A DNA stretch of 64,000 nt. Origin: Auanema rhodensis (Eukaryota; Animalia; Nematoda). How positions within the stretch are numbered: the stretch's first letter is position 1; each line of letters opens with the position of its first letter. This document shows positions 1 to 13,151 of this stretch, in pieces. The DNA lies in contig OZ059894.1 in assembly GCA_964057225.1 (NCBI GenBank), positions 16,120,001-16,184,000 of the forward strand, read 5' to 3'. The position numbers and the translations under genes are program-made. The notes under the pieces were generated by a model. That model was not told the DNA's origin, did not search any database, and saw only the letters and a list, made by a program, of their open reading frames with translations.

Positions 1-2924
1 GTAAGCATTAGCAGCGCTAAAGATGACGCATGCTTTACAAGCTGCTTTTAGGATTAAGACTCAAAATGTGTGAAACATCTGACTAATTGTATTTTTCTTT
101 GCTACTCATCATCATCATCGTCATCTTCTTCTTCATGCGTATCCGTTCCTTTTATTTTTCTAGCTCGTGATCATCATTTCTTGAAGAATCCTTTTAAAAT
201 CTACAGACCAAAAAACTTTTAAGCAGGAGTGGTAGTAGGTTGGACTTCTAGTTCTGATCTCTATTTATTTCGAAAATCCAAAAGACCGCCTGTGAAAATC
301 TTTCTCAATCTTTCAGATCTTTTACCAAAATCTCGAACAATTTTCTGAAATGGAAAAATGAAAACCAATATCTTTGCAACATTTGAAATTCATTTAAAAT
401 TCCAGCTTCCTCTACTATGATAACTATTATTATTATTTAAAGTTTTGAATAGCTATCCTATCTTACTTTGAAAAATTAATAATATGTAGGCATGGATCAC
501 ATTCAAGCGTATTGCAAAATTTTGAAATATGGCAACCAATTACTTTATAACTAATTTACTTAATGATGTCTCTATTGATATCATCCATTCATATTGGCAT
601 ATCATTCAGATATTCATATAAACCCTTTCGAAATGCGAAGTTTGCTGCTCGAAGGGTCTGCTTCAACAACTTGCCAATTCATATTTAACTCATCTACGGC
701 TCAAAACGCTAACACTATCTACCAATTTATTTTTTATTTTTTTTAAAGATCTCGTTCATATTAGATAAATATTATATATTTATAAATATTCAGCTGAACG
801 AATGATCAATTGTACAGCTGCAAGATAAACTTTCTTATAGTCAAAAAAGAACTATTTATTATTTATATTATTATTTTGCTATTTATTATTTCGATTACAA
901 TATATGTATTCTTATACATTCTCATCTATTTTACGTATTTGATACTCTTTTTGATGTAAAAGTTAGAAGTTATTTTCCTGATTCATTTGTTTATTTTCTT
1001 GGAAAACAACCACTCTGTGCGAATGTGTGTAAATGAAATACATAGTGCCACCTATTATGCATGTTCAACGTGATCCACGTGAAAATTAGCATATCATTTT
1101 GGTTGAAGCTATTATAATACTTATGATAAATCATAGTTTTATATAATCTTATGAAAGATAATAAATTAATTAATTATTTGAAACCTTTTAAGTTTCTTAT
1201 GGGTTTTTATCTTGCAATATACTAAGTGAATACTATGCCTAACTTCATCTATACACCAATTTTATAAATTCTAGTTTTTCTTTTTCCATTTAAAGAGAAT
1301 CTAAGCTGCAAATTTAAACATGGACTACTGAAGTGATACAAATAAAGCGTGCTAGAAAAATCACTTCCTTAAGTTAAAGTTGCCGAAAAATCCTTATAAT
1401 TTATTTAATCTTTCAAAAGTCATTCCAATTATTTTTTAATATGCATATACAAAGAAAAAAAGACAGAAATGTAGACATTTATCTTTTTCTTACTTGATTT
1501 TAAATTTTACTACTTTATATGATTATAAGATGAGTTGTCCCTCGAATTCAAATAATTTTTCATCTATTCTCCTATTATGTGGAAGAAGTAATAGCTGAGA
1601 GTTATGGTTGCTGTAGGAGAAGAGACAAAGAGTGAGAAAGATTTAGTATAAAACAGCGAAATAAAGAGGAGTAGACAGTGAAAAAGAGAGATAGAGAGAG
1701 AGAGAGTAGTTGGTAAGTAGTAGAAGAAAATATGGCACAAGCTTGTCTCCTCATCTATGTACTCGACTCGCTTTTCAAGTCTCTTCAGTTCATGTTCTTT
1801 GTCATATCTTGGAAATCAGAAGCTAATTTTGTCTTCTGACCATCACATCAAGCATTTCAATGTTGTAATGCTTATGGCCCATGATATGGGATGATGTTTA
1901 ATGTCAAAGAATCAGAAAGTAAAATTAAACTATGGCTTTATAGAGTTTCTTTAATGACCGTTTCTATTCCTGTATCAGATTCTTCTCAACTGAGTTAACT
2001 ATTGGATTTCAAGAACCTTTAAAGAGAATTAAAAAGAAGGAGAACTAGAGTGAGGGGAATGATGAACAAGGGGGCCACATCAACTACTTGTACTTCAACT
2101 ATACGATAGAAATTTTCAAAATACTATGATAAATATTTTTGTAAGAACAAACAATGCTATTAAAGGAAAATGCGTCTAGTCAATTTAAAGATAAATCCAA
2201 CTAATGTGAAGAAAAACAGTTCGTTAAAACTGATCTTATTGGTGATAATTCGCAAGAAGCTCATTTGATGATGCTATCTAATGAGACTATCTATATTGAG
2301 CCAAGGGAGCTCGAAGAATAATGTTTTTGAGACTTTATGAAAAAAATCTTTGTCTCATAATGAATTCGAAGTATTTTTCATTAATTTTTTCCCGTAAAAT
2401 AATATTTTTTATCTCTCATCTTTGCTTGAAGCTTTCAATATTCAGTTGTAGTCGTCTATATAACCTCATTGATTTGCTGTGCTCAATCTATCAAGTTAAT
2501 AAATGACTATAATACTTATATTATACATATAATATGAATAATTATGAGTTAGAGTGAGATGATGTTGAGAGGAAAACTATTCAAACAAACTTGTCTTCTT
2601 CTTTTACTTCTTTTACTGAACTTAATTTTTATTCTTACTTTGTTTCCTGAGCATGAGAGTATGTGAATTTTAAAAATTTTAAATAGTCATTTGTACCTTA
2701 TTTCTAAAGTATGTTTTTCTAATTATTCATTTAAACCGCTTATTCTTATTCATTCAGTTTTGCCTACCTTTGTCTATGATGTTTTGAAATATTTTGCCTC
2801 TTTATCTCTTTCTCTCAAAACTTTCACAAGATTATATTTTTAGGCAGATCAATACTTTGAAGCATATCAAATCATCTGCTGAAAATAGTTCATTACTTGA
2901 TATTACTGTTTCAAATCTATTAAA

Positions 2925-5900
2925 ATGGGAAACGAACAATCCTTTAATTCTGTTGATACTATGAAAACTGGAAGCCGACGAAGTCTGGATGCTACTCTAC
3001 TACGACAAGTAAGAGATTTTCCTAATTTTAATAAATCACTTGTGACGTTTAAACAATGATGTCATAGTTTTTTAGTTAGTTTACTGGTTTATTTATAAAC
3101 ATGCGTATATACATGTATGTGTAAATATTAGATAAATTCGAATACATTTAAAAGTAAAAATAAGAAAAATCAAAAATAGTAATCAGATAATTCGTTTTGT
3201 TAACCTGTTCCTCTTATTTTTGAGCACAGAGCACAAAGTAGTGTGGCGTATCTGATGTTATATTTCAAGAAATGAGACACTTCGGCGTGTTTACTAGTTT
3301 TCTTTGCAATTTTTTTTTAAAAAATATTAAGTTAATTCCAAATAAATTCAAAAAATTTAAACAATTGTCTAGTTTTTTTTAATAGTTTTTGATCTTTGCA
3401 TTTATTCATCAACCCTTGTCATCAGCATTTCGAAGTCAAAGTTCTCTTTGGAACGTGGGGTTCGTTGTCCTCAGACATCCTTTCCTCGGTCTCTTTTTGA
3501 TAATTGGCTCATAAGAAGGACTAGGAAAGTTCGAAAAAGGAAGGACAAGATCTAGTAACAATCGGGGATTAAACAGAGTTGGAAGAACAAAGTTGCTGTC
3601 AGCGGAAGAAGAAGCTTCAGAAGCTTTTAAACGCGTCCGCCTCATCATCATAGGCTTGAATAAGTGTACGTGCTCAACTTCTGACTCTGACCTATCATTC
3701 TAACTCTAATACGAAATTTAAATTTTATTTTTGAATTTATGACTTGATTGTTTTCTATCGCGAAGTTAACTTTTGGGTTCTAATATAAAGAATCAAAAAT
3801 AATAAAGACTTTGAAGATATTTTAACATAAAAGTTTAAAAGATTTCCCTGCTTATCCAAACAAACAATGTTTTTTAACATTAAATTTTTTCAAGCATAAA
3901 GCTAATTTCTATTGAAATATTACATCATTTTTCGAACATTTTCTCAATAAGCTTTAAAGAATTATTCAGCTTCATTGACTTTTTAAGAATAAAAAAAGGT
4001 TATTTATCAAAAAAAATCATAACTATGCCATATAAGATTCAGAAAATAAATCTTAATGTTCATAGCACATTGGGGTACTTCATATCGTTCATCATATTGT
4101 TCATTGGGACACAAATACCAACAACACTTCCTTTGATTTTTGCTATTTCTTCAAAATGTATTTTATATAATATATTCGAAAATATGACATGAATATATAT
4201 TATATTTAGTTAAAAGATAGTCCTATTTCTGGAAACAAAGTGATAATATTGATAGTAAGTACTCATAAGGGAGTAGAAGAATGTGAATGTAAAAATCTTC
4301 ATGTATGTCAACAGAATGATGAAAAGGGGACGATTTATTTTATAGCTAAATTACATAGCTTCATCTGTTGGCATTTATTTATGATTCACCATAGAAGAAA
4401 GGAGAAATAAAAAAAAGAAAAGAGAATAAGAGAAGGCGAGAGAGTAAGATGGAAAGAGAACGATAGGAGAAAGCTCCTCTTGTCGTTGTCTTCGTTGTCG
4501 TCCTATCTTCGTTATCCTCATGATGCTCTAAGATCCAACTCAGTTCTTCTATTTTCTTTTAGCTGTGCTCATTTTTCTTGCCAATAACTTCATAAAATTT
4601 TTTTAGTTTGCTTGTATAAGGATTACATTACAAATTAATTTCATGAATTTTGCAAGATTTACAGGCTTATTTTCCTTCTAGCTGTTTTTTTTGCTAATCA
4701 AGTGCAATTCCGTCCTATGCTTCACCTATTTTAGAAGGTGTTTCATGCATGGAAATATGGCTGACAGGAAGAAAATTAAGGAACAAGTGCATAACTGTGT
4801 TATTCTCTTACAAATCATCTAGAATAGTAATTATGCAATTCTAACCTATACTTTAAAAGAATGTCAAGTTTTGGAAGCTTGAGAAGAGGGTAAAATGATT
4901 CCAGTTATGTTTGTCTATTTTCGTAGATTTGTCATGGGTCAACACACTCAACTACATTTTTACAAAAATATTACATCATATTTAATTTTTTTAAGGGGAA
5001 TTCTTGTGCGGTTTTGCGAAAAAAATAGTTGTTTTGAATTTTTACGTGAAGTCCACGTGTATTATGCAGCCTATTTCATCTTTTATAATGTTGAGAGCGG
5101 TTGTTTGTTCGTTTTTCTATAATTTTCTATATAAACTAGTTATCAACGTCTTCAATATTTTGATCTTAAGCCTTTTCCGTTTAGTGATTCTTTGGCCATT
5201 TGGTATAGTCACATCTTTCTCCAAAATGCTGATACTATGACAAAAGGGTGTGGTAGTAAATTTGACGAGAGTAACGATTTAATCTGGTAATGGCGTCAGA
5301 TTTCCAAAGTAACACTTTTAAATCTTTTCGAAGCTCACCAATACTGAAATCTAACTCTCAGTTGAAATTGTCATACTTTTTACTGACTCATTCTATATAA
5401 GAATCAACCATCAAAGTTTTTGTTACCAAAAATCAAGTATTTCCTCACATTATCTAAATTGAAACTTGTATGGAAAGCTGAAACCCGAAGAAGAAAGTTC
5501 TTTTTTTTTTTCAAATTTTCACCAGCCTATTTGAACATCTTTTCGACCCCATTGCTATCCCCTCCCCGTCTCCGTGACATTCGAACTTTGGGAGGGGAAC
5601 TCATTCTGTTTTCTTTCTGGCTCTTACCTCATTTCAGTTTGTTTTTTTTTTGTGAATAATAGAGAAAAAGAGACTAAAAAGAACAAAATATGTTCCGCAT
5701 CATACCTGACGAGCCTGTTTTCTCGATATATTGCAGAATTCACATGTCGCTTATTGGTCTTTTGCGAGCATATTTTATTTATATTTCTATGCATTCCTTT
5801 CCTTGTAACAAACTAAAATATTATCTAAGCTATTCACCTACAGTTTCTTATCTTCTACATTTTTGAGTTTTTATAAATATTTTTCATCATTATGAGGGCT

Positions 5901-8236
5901 TTCAGTAAAATCATCCATACACATATTGACTCACATACTCGATGTGCTAAAGCTCTGAAGTTCGACACCTCCCCACTACCCCCCACCCTGAGGCAATTCT
6001 ACTTTCCGGACCACCGGATGGGCAGGATTAAAGTAGAAAATCGTTTTTTCTAGGACTTTGTCTGATTATAAAACTTTCTTTTCATTAAAAAAAGGGACTT
6101 TTTACTACTTTGTTCGTCTTGAATTACATATTATTATCTTTACAGTAGTAATTAAATTGTCATTTTTAGATGCAAATGAAAATCAATTCTCTAAAAAAAA
6201 AAAGATATTACCGATGTTTTTATTCAAAAAGTATCATCATTAATCATTATTAGTTGTAGAAAAAACTGAAGATTTGAAAGTTTCTCAGGATATATTCACT
6301 ATTTTCTATAGCATTAGGTCACTCAATAACTTTATAATTTCTATAAAACAAAGCCATTTTTTCAAAACAAAAATTCGATAAACATTTCAAAGTGTGTTAT
6401 TCTTCTTTTAAACTTCACTGTATTACTATTTTTAAATTATTATTTTGTATATATATAACCATGAGCTTTATACTTTTTGCAAGGTATTTGAAATGTTTAA
6501 AAATCTTATCTGACTGACAATACTTTTTGCATTTGCTATAGTATTTTTGATTTTTCCATTACAATTATTCAAACATTGCAGAAATAAGAAATTCCTCAAA
6601 TATCATGTGTGTCCAAGCTTAAAATGCAAAATCTAAAAGGAAATTCCTATATTTGGCACTGATCCTGCAGTATGACATCCGCCATATATCCGGTTGACGA
6701 ATCCTACTGCACTACACAGTTTTTCTTGATGTTTTTTCCCCTTTGTTTTTTTTTAGAAAATTAGGAAATTAGTCTTACTAACGGTTTTTTTTCTTTGCTT
6801 CATTAATGAAAAAAAATATAATTTACATCTGATATTATAAGAATAATAATAATTAATATATGAGGTCGATAGTTCAACACAATTGGAAAAGCTTCTTCAG
6901 AACTATTCTGAAGTGCATCTGAACGTTTTTGAACTTCTTTACTACTTAATAAACGGAAAACAAACAACAGACTTTTAACTTCTTCTTCTTGTTCTTGCAA
7001 ATCATAAAAATTTTATTTTTTAAGCTACTTTTCCTTTTAGGTCAATACAGGACACATTTCTCCTCGAGTCTCAATAGTTGGCCAGTCTTTGCCAAATCAT
7101 CAACAGACTCAAAATTCCATCCAAAATCAATCAGAAAATCGTAAGATTTCTCATAAATTGTCCGACGTTGGGTTGCCATCCAGTCCGAACCTGCAGCATC
7201 ATCGCTTGAGTACCGACTGCGTTTCAGAACTCAGGTACACATATAGCAACATCAATAAGCTTACTTCAACATGATGATGGGTTACAGATACTTCAAACCA
7301 AAGCTTTCCTTAACGGGAAGAGAAGAAATGGGAAATCAACAAGGACGGCGTCTTTCCCGAGCAGCTGTACACTTAGAAAATGGCGGTGAAGCCGGAGCAT
7401 CTTTAGTTGATTATCTCAAACTTACTCCGTAAAGTTTATATATTATTAATTAAACAATGCTTGGATAACTATAGATATCAAATTCAACTGCTACAAACAA
7501 CTTGGGCCAGAATTAAAGGAAATAGTAACACATTTGCCCAAGTATTCAAGTATGTTTCAAGGTAAAATAAAAAATATATATATTTATTTTTTCAGGTTAT
7601 TATGCTTCAAATCGACGATATGTCGTGAAATGTTCCAAAAAATGTCAATTGTTGAGGGTTTTCGGTCAAACCAATGTTGCGACTTGAATATGCATGCCAA
7701 GGTATTTCCTCCTTTTCTGACACAATATCGACTTTCCTCTCTTCAGGTTCTAACAGACTTATTAGATTCGTTGATGACAGATTTAACACAATCATCTAAA
7801 ATAGTACAAGTAATCATTTATTTTTAATTTTTGAATCACATATTATCTTATAGGCTCGATGTATGGACATTGGTGCTTCTCATGTAAACATGAATGTACG
7901 ATGCTGTGGGAGCTTGTGGGACCAACTGGGGGAATGCTTAACAGAGGTACTGAACCTGATCAAAGATCTCTCTTCATAACATCCTTTTGACTTTTCAGGT
8001 TATTACCAAAGTTGAATGCGTTCGTTCAAAAAGAGAAGCCGTGAAAGCTTGGATATCCTTAGTGAGCTACTTGGTTCGTCCATTTCAACTTTCTTTAACC
8101 TTTTCAGAATGTGTATTGTGTTTTAATCTATTTCCTAATTTAGGTGGATGGTATGAAGTGTGGCTATATGGATGAATGGAAAAGAAAGCAGAATGGCCGA
8201 TTATGTCATAGTAATGGGTATGACAATCAAGAATAA
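2925..8236 (+). CDS. Nematode globin with N-terminal extension (GLB-20-like), multi-exon
   Basis: Exon 2925-3008 (MGNEQSFNS...) splices in frame to 7041, followed by short exons reading LTPYQIQLLQTTWARIK, CREMFQKMSIVEGF, DLNMHAK (E7 His), DIGASHVNM (F8 His), WDQLGECLTE, AVKAWISLVSYLVDGMK; stop TAA 8234-8236. Confidence 0.88.
3436..4104 (-). CDS. Possible small antisense gene nested in globin intron 1
   Basis: MNNMMNDMK (4104-4079) can splice GT-AG in frame to 3691 and continue into track ORF 3436-3651; acceptor is weak and no homology recognised. Confidence 0.3.
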
Positions 8237-8782
8237 TCGGAATTTTATATGACAGATCTTCTATGAGAGTAGCTAAACGATTTTTTTCTCAAAAAGAAAG
8301 AAATATCTTTAATTGGGTATAAGCACATTTCCATTCCAATCAGATCTCGCATTCATTTTTTTGTACAAAAACCCGTGAATAATTTCATTTATACTCCTTA
8401 ACATTTGAATATAATTTAAGAAAAAAAAAACAAAAAAACTTTTGTCAAGATAAAATTAGAAAAAAGCCTCCAGTTCTATAAGGGTATTTAAACTCTGAAG
8501 ATATTTCAATTTAAAAATTGATGTTTCTGTTTGTATTATAAGATTTTGAATGTTTGTTATTTCCAGATTACAAAACAAAAATTAAAACTTTAAAAAAAAA
8601 GAAAAGAAAGAATATAATACTGTCATTTTTAATAAAGTCTTTGAGTTTTATACAACTTTGTTTTTGTTAATAGAAATATATAATACAATATATAGAATAA
8701 GGTACAAAATTGTCTAATTTCTAATATTAATTCATATTGAAAATAAGTTTTTCTCTTATTTATATCTTAGATCAAGATAAAT

Positions 8783-9977
8783 CTAACGTTTTTTCATACA
8801 AATTGACGAACTTGTAAACAAATTTCTGAATTATTAATTGCGAATGTGTAGCTGTTGGACGCTATATGTTTTAACTCAGCTTGATTAGATAAAAATTGTA
8901 AAAGAACGTCTTCTCTTCCATATATTCTGTCAAAAAGAATTGAACAACGATTTGAAAACTTGGCATTCTGTAAAAAAAATTAAAAAACTGATTCAATATG
9001 ACATCACATATTTAATCTGATCATTCAATCTTTAGAAATAACTATGTTGACTACTATATGAAATATGAAACTCACTCTGAAAAAATCCAAAACTTTATTG
9101 ATTGTGATCATTGTTACAGTAGCATCAGCCCAAAATGATTTTAAACCAAAATTACATTTATTAGAACGATCTATAAGGATTTCTAATGCTTCATCATCAC
9201 ATAATATTGTTCGTTGACTGATCAACCTAAAACGATAAATAGTATTAGATAAAAGACAATAAACACAGAAAAAAAAAAGATAAAATCTAAAGAAATAAAG
9301 TGAAAATAAAAATATTTTGTATGACAATAACTAACTTTAACGCATGAATTGCTCTCATAGAGCTTACTATATCAACGACATTATCAAAAGTGAAACAAGG
9401 ATCAATTGAAAGTTCAGTACAATATGGTAGTCTTTGCATAAATGCATATGCATCTATATCACAATGAGATTCGAAAATTCCTAACTGAAATGTAAAGAAA
9501 CATTCAATAGTAATTCATGAAATTGCATACTTTTTCTATATTTCTAAGCCACCAATCTGGTAATGAACTGAGAGTATCTCTCATGAAATTTGTTCGAGCT
9601 CTTACAATAAATTCCAATGGTTTTAATGACCAAATATAATGAAAAAGATCTTCATAAGAAGTTGCACACGTAAATGACTGAAAAAATGGATGCGAATAAA
9701 ATTTAAAAAATCAATATTACCTGGTTAAAATTGTTTTTTATTATCAGTACGATTATAGAATTGCCTTCAGTTTCAGTTAAATCAATAGTCTCTACCTGTT
9801 CTCGTCTGTTTAGAAAAAAAATTGGTTTTTAATCAATGAAGATGTAACTCACTTTATTTTTTTATTTTTTCGTACAATTTTATAAAATCTTTTACTAGTA
9901 GTTGCTACTTTCCTGAGGCAGGGGGCTTCCAAATATCCAAATACTTTGGTTAGAATTTCATCTGGTAACCTCATCAT
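8783..9977 (-). CDS. F-box protein, multi-exon
   Basis: N-terminus MMRLPDEILTKVFGYLEAPCLRKVATTSKRFYKIV fits the F-box consensus (LPxEIL..IF.YL...L......KRF); GT-AG exons lead to stop at 8783. Confidence 0.8.
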
Positions 9978-11620
9978 TCTCCCAAGTTGGAAGCCTAAAA
10001 ATCTGAAATATAATTTTTCAGGAAAACTGAGAAAAGTGCAAAAAGAAAAGTGAATGTAATATGATTTCTTCTAATTCAAATATGGAAGGTACAGCAATTA
10101 ATAAACTAGTTCGATAGTTGTGAATATGACCTCTCTTATTGGGCAGTGGGATGACCTAGTATAGTAAGATGTGACCTTCCTATTTCGTACCACCTACCTT
10201 TTCTCTGAAATATTGTCATTTTGCTCAAGGATTTGCTCAAAGACAACATTTGTCAACAAACCAGCAGATTTCTGCTTCCTCGACGAGGTGGATGAGTTTT
10301 CCGAACAAGGAGCATATAAGTGCTGCGTAGTTAAATACTTCTTCAATATTTCCAATTATCATTTTTTCAATGTTTTGTTCTTCATAACCTTCAAACGACC
10401 TCTAAAAGAAGGGTGGACCTAAACTCAAAGAAAATAAGTAATGTATGCATTTCTCTTTAGAATTGCATACCGCAAATACTCTTAAATTTACTTGTTTTGT
10501 AGTTTTCTTGTCTTTCTAAGTTTGTAATCAATGTTTTTATGGACAACTTATATTCCAAAATGATAGCTGTCATGAGAATTTTTTTTTACTCTTCAAAAAA
10601 AATGAAATTTTTTAGGTCTTATCTCATACATGCATTATCGAATGAATATTGTTCACATCTACTTCAGTATGTTTACTCTGACTATACGCTTTTGAAACTA
10701 TTTTTATTTTAACGTAGAATTTCTCTGAATTTTACACCATCTAGAAACTGTATCATATTCCAAATTCATTCACATAGTCCGTTATCGTAATGCTTGATTG
10801 CATCAACCATTCTACACCTTGTATTCTCGCAGAGATTTTCCTGGGGTTATGGTAGCTCATTACGCAATTTTTGTAGCGGAAGGTAGGAAAGCTTACATTT
10901 TCTCTTTCGATCTCTTTGTCTGTTCCAATTAAATTTTTATATTCAATCTTATTTTTGTTTTTGTTTGTTTTTGTTTTTATTATGTATTTTATGTATGGAT
11001 ATGTTTTGTCACGTATCTAATTAGAATTGCGTGGAATGCTACGTTAAACATCACATGACTTCGTATGTCAATCACTGTGTATACATGTAGAAACAATATA
11101 CGGTTGTAATCAGTTTTAACTTGAAACTTTTAGAATGCTAATTTTTTTTCTATCCTTTTATCTTCTATTTTCTAGTCTTTGTTATTTTATAAGTTTTCTC
11201 ATATGTCGTTTTTCACATGTTGTTTTCCCAAATTTCATTGTTTTTATTATTCGAATAAATTAATCATTTGAGTTAATTGTTTTAACTTAACTTAATCTCA
11301 ACTCTTCAATATCTTCATAGTTCTATATTTACGATTTTTCTGGATATTTAAAAAAATTTTTTTTCGTAATTACACTCTTTTCGGTTAATATTTGTACATT
11401 AAATGTCTTTATTTTTTTTAATCTGATTTTTTGCAGTTTCGTGTTTTGCTGATCTTTAAGTGATCTTCTTTTACTGATGAAATTACTGCGAAATGGGTCC
11501 TGGTGCGACAGGCATGAATTTCGCAACACCGTAAAGTGGGCGGATTATTTGCTCTGCAAAGGACCGTCAGTCCTATTTTCAGCTTAACGGCCAGTGTATC
11601 TTATTAGAAGTTTCAGCGAT

Positions 11621-11638
11621 ATGATCGCTGGATTCTAA
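11621..11638 (+). promoter_or_regulatory. uORF1 (MIAGF*) in atfs-1 leader
   Basis: ATG ATC GCT GGA TTC TAA, 4 nt after the TTTCAG acceptor ending at 11616. Confidence 0.7.
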
Positions 11639-11733
11639 GATAGAAAACTTTCTATTGTTATTTGAACGATTCAAGGTAATTTGCTGTTTTTACCCTCTTA
11701 GCATTTCTATAATTTGATTATGATTTGCAGAAG

Positions 11734-11865
11734 ATGTCGCCCTTACGAAGCTCTGAGAGTGCGGAATCTCGAAATGTTGTCCAGAATTACCAGAATTACT
11801 ACGTCCATGGGACCACAAGTCCTAGGAGGGTGTTCCCTGTTAAGGGACGCCCAAACCGCTCCTAA
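11734..11865 (+). promoter_or_regulatory. uORF2 (43 aa), out of frame, overlapping the atfs-1 start
   Basis: ATG 11734 to TAA 11865; the main ATG at 11774 is 40 nt downstream in a different frame. Confidence 0.7.
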
Positions 11866-13151
11866 GGTTGCCCCAACCTATAATATAGAGCAGCATATCT
11901 TGCATGATCATGCTGCCTATTGTAAAATATCTCTTCCACCACGACAGAGAAAGTAAAAATACATTGATTAATTTGTCTTTAATTCATAGTTTTGCAGCTC
12001 CAGTTCAAGCTGTGATCCGTTTCTTGGAATTGGTCCTGGTGGTAGTGAATCAATGAATGATCTCGTTGACTTGGAACTTTCTTCCAAAACTCCTTGCCGA
12101 TCTCGTGTTGCAAGTACATCCAGTAAGAACTCATATATTTCTTATTATATTATATTTTTTCTTGTGCAGACTCGACAATAGAAGATTTGTTTTCATCAGT
12201 TCGGTTTAAATCCGAGTGCGAAATTGAAAATGAGAGTGATGAAAGTTTTTTAGAAGGAGACAGAGTTTTCAATTTCTCGGTTAGTTCAGTTCTTATAAAA
12301 TCCACTATGATGAAAAACATGCTAATCATGAAAAGAGCGCCGTTTGCTCTTACCCCCGTGTTGTACAACTTGTTAACTGAGTGGAATTAACCTGTATTTT
12401 TAAAAAATTATCTTTTTTTGTTGATTATCAATTTTATCATTTTTAGAATCCACACGCCCAGTATTTTGTTTCGTTAACAGACTTAAATTTAAGTTCTGAT
12501 AATGATGAAAAATGTCGATGGGATGCTTGGGAATCACCATTTTCATCTGCAGCCAATGTTAAGATAGAAGAACCTGATGTAGACGAATGCTCTCCGAGTT
12601 CAAGTCCTAACCCCGAAGAAACACTAGCTGTAGTGCCAAACATAAAGCCGGAGCAAGTATGCATTAGTTCTGGTTTTTGTTTTTTAATTTTTCTGTTTAG
12701 TACGATGATTACGAAGTCAAACCAGAATGCAGTGTTCAATCTGAGAGCAATAGGTATAGTCCTGTTGATGGTTGGTATTATCAACCAGTTGTGAAAAAAC
12801 GTGGTGTTACTTTGAAGGTATATCTTTAATTTTTAAAAATTGCAATGGAAAAAAATTTAAGCCTCGTGTGGACGATGAAACTGAACGGCGCCGCGCCATG
12901 AATCGGGTTGCTGCTTTACGATATCGAGAAAGAAAAAGAAGGGACAAACACCAGTTAAAAATGTATGTTCTTTGTAGCTTATCAGCAACTTGCATTTTTC
13001 TCCATTTGCAAATTATTTGTTTTATCATTTCACCTTATCTGATTCCAGGCAGCTTCGTGAAATGGAATTAAGGAATAGAGACTTGAAACAGCAGGAAGTC
13101 CGGCTTTTAATTGAAATATCGACAATGAAGTCAAAATTGCACAATGCATAA
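11774..13151 (+). CDS. atfs-1: ATFS-1, mitochondrial-UPR bZIP transcription factor
   Basis: N-terminal MLSRITRITTSMGPQVLGGCSLLRD resembles the ATFS-1 targeting sequence; DPFLG and WDAW blocks; bZIP KKRGVTLKPRVDDETERRRAMNRVAALRYRERKR matches the remembered C. elegans ATFS-1 basic region; seven coding exons join in frame. Confidence 0.9.
12301..12385 (+). ncRNA. Intronic box C/D snoRNA, predicted U6 snRNA guide (mgU6-53/SNORD8-9-like)
   Basis: Terminal stem TCCAC/GTGGA, box C ATGATGA 12307-12313, box D CTGA 12377-12380; CATGCTAATC before a D'-like ATGA is complementary to U6 GAUUAGCAUG; lies in the longest atfs-1 intron. Confidence 0.85.

Noticed and set aside
2906-2913. CTGTTTCA piRNA (Ruby) motif, also at 54590
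   Set aside because: Isolated copies at chance frequency in a gene-dense region
10171-10422. GC-richer ORF-like patch upstream of the F-box gene (similar patch at about 18850-19300)
   Set aside because: Stops in the plausible frames and no recognisable protein or transposon motif
12973-12983. TAGCTTATCAG resembling miR-21
   Set aside because: Partial match, no hairpin, vertebrate family
11774-13151. Calling the bZIP gene atf-4 because of its uORFs
   Set aside because: The MTS-like N-terminus, DPFLG, WxAW and the KKRGVxLKP..DxETxRRR basic region fit ATFS-1
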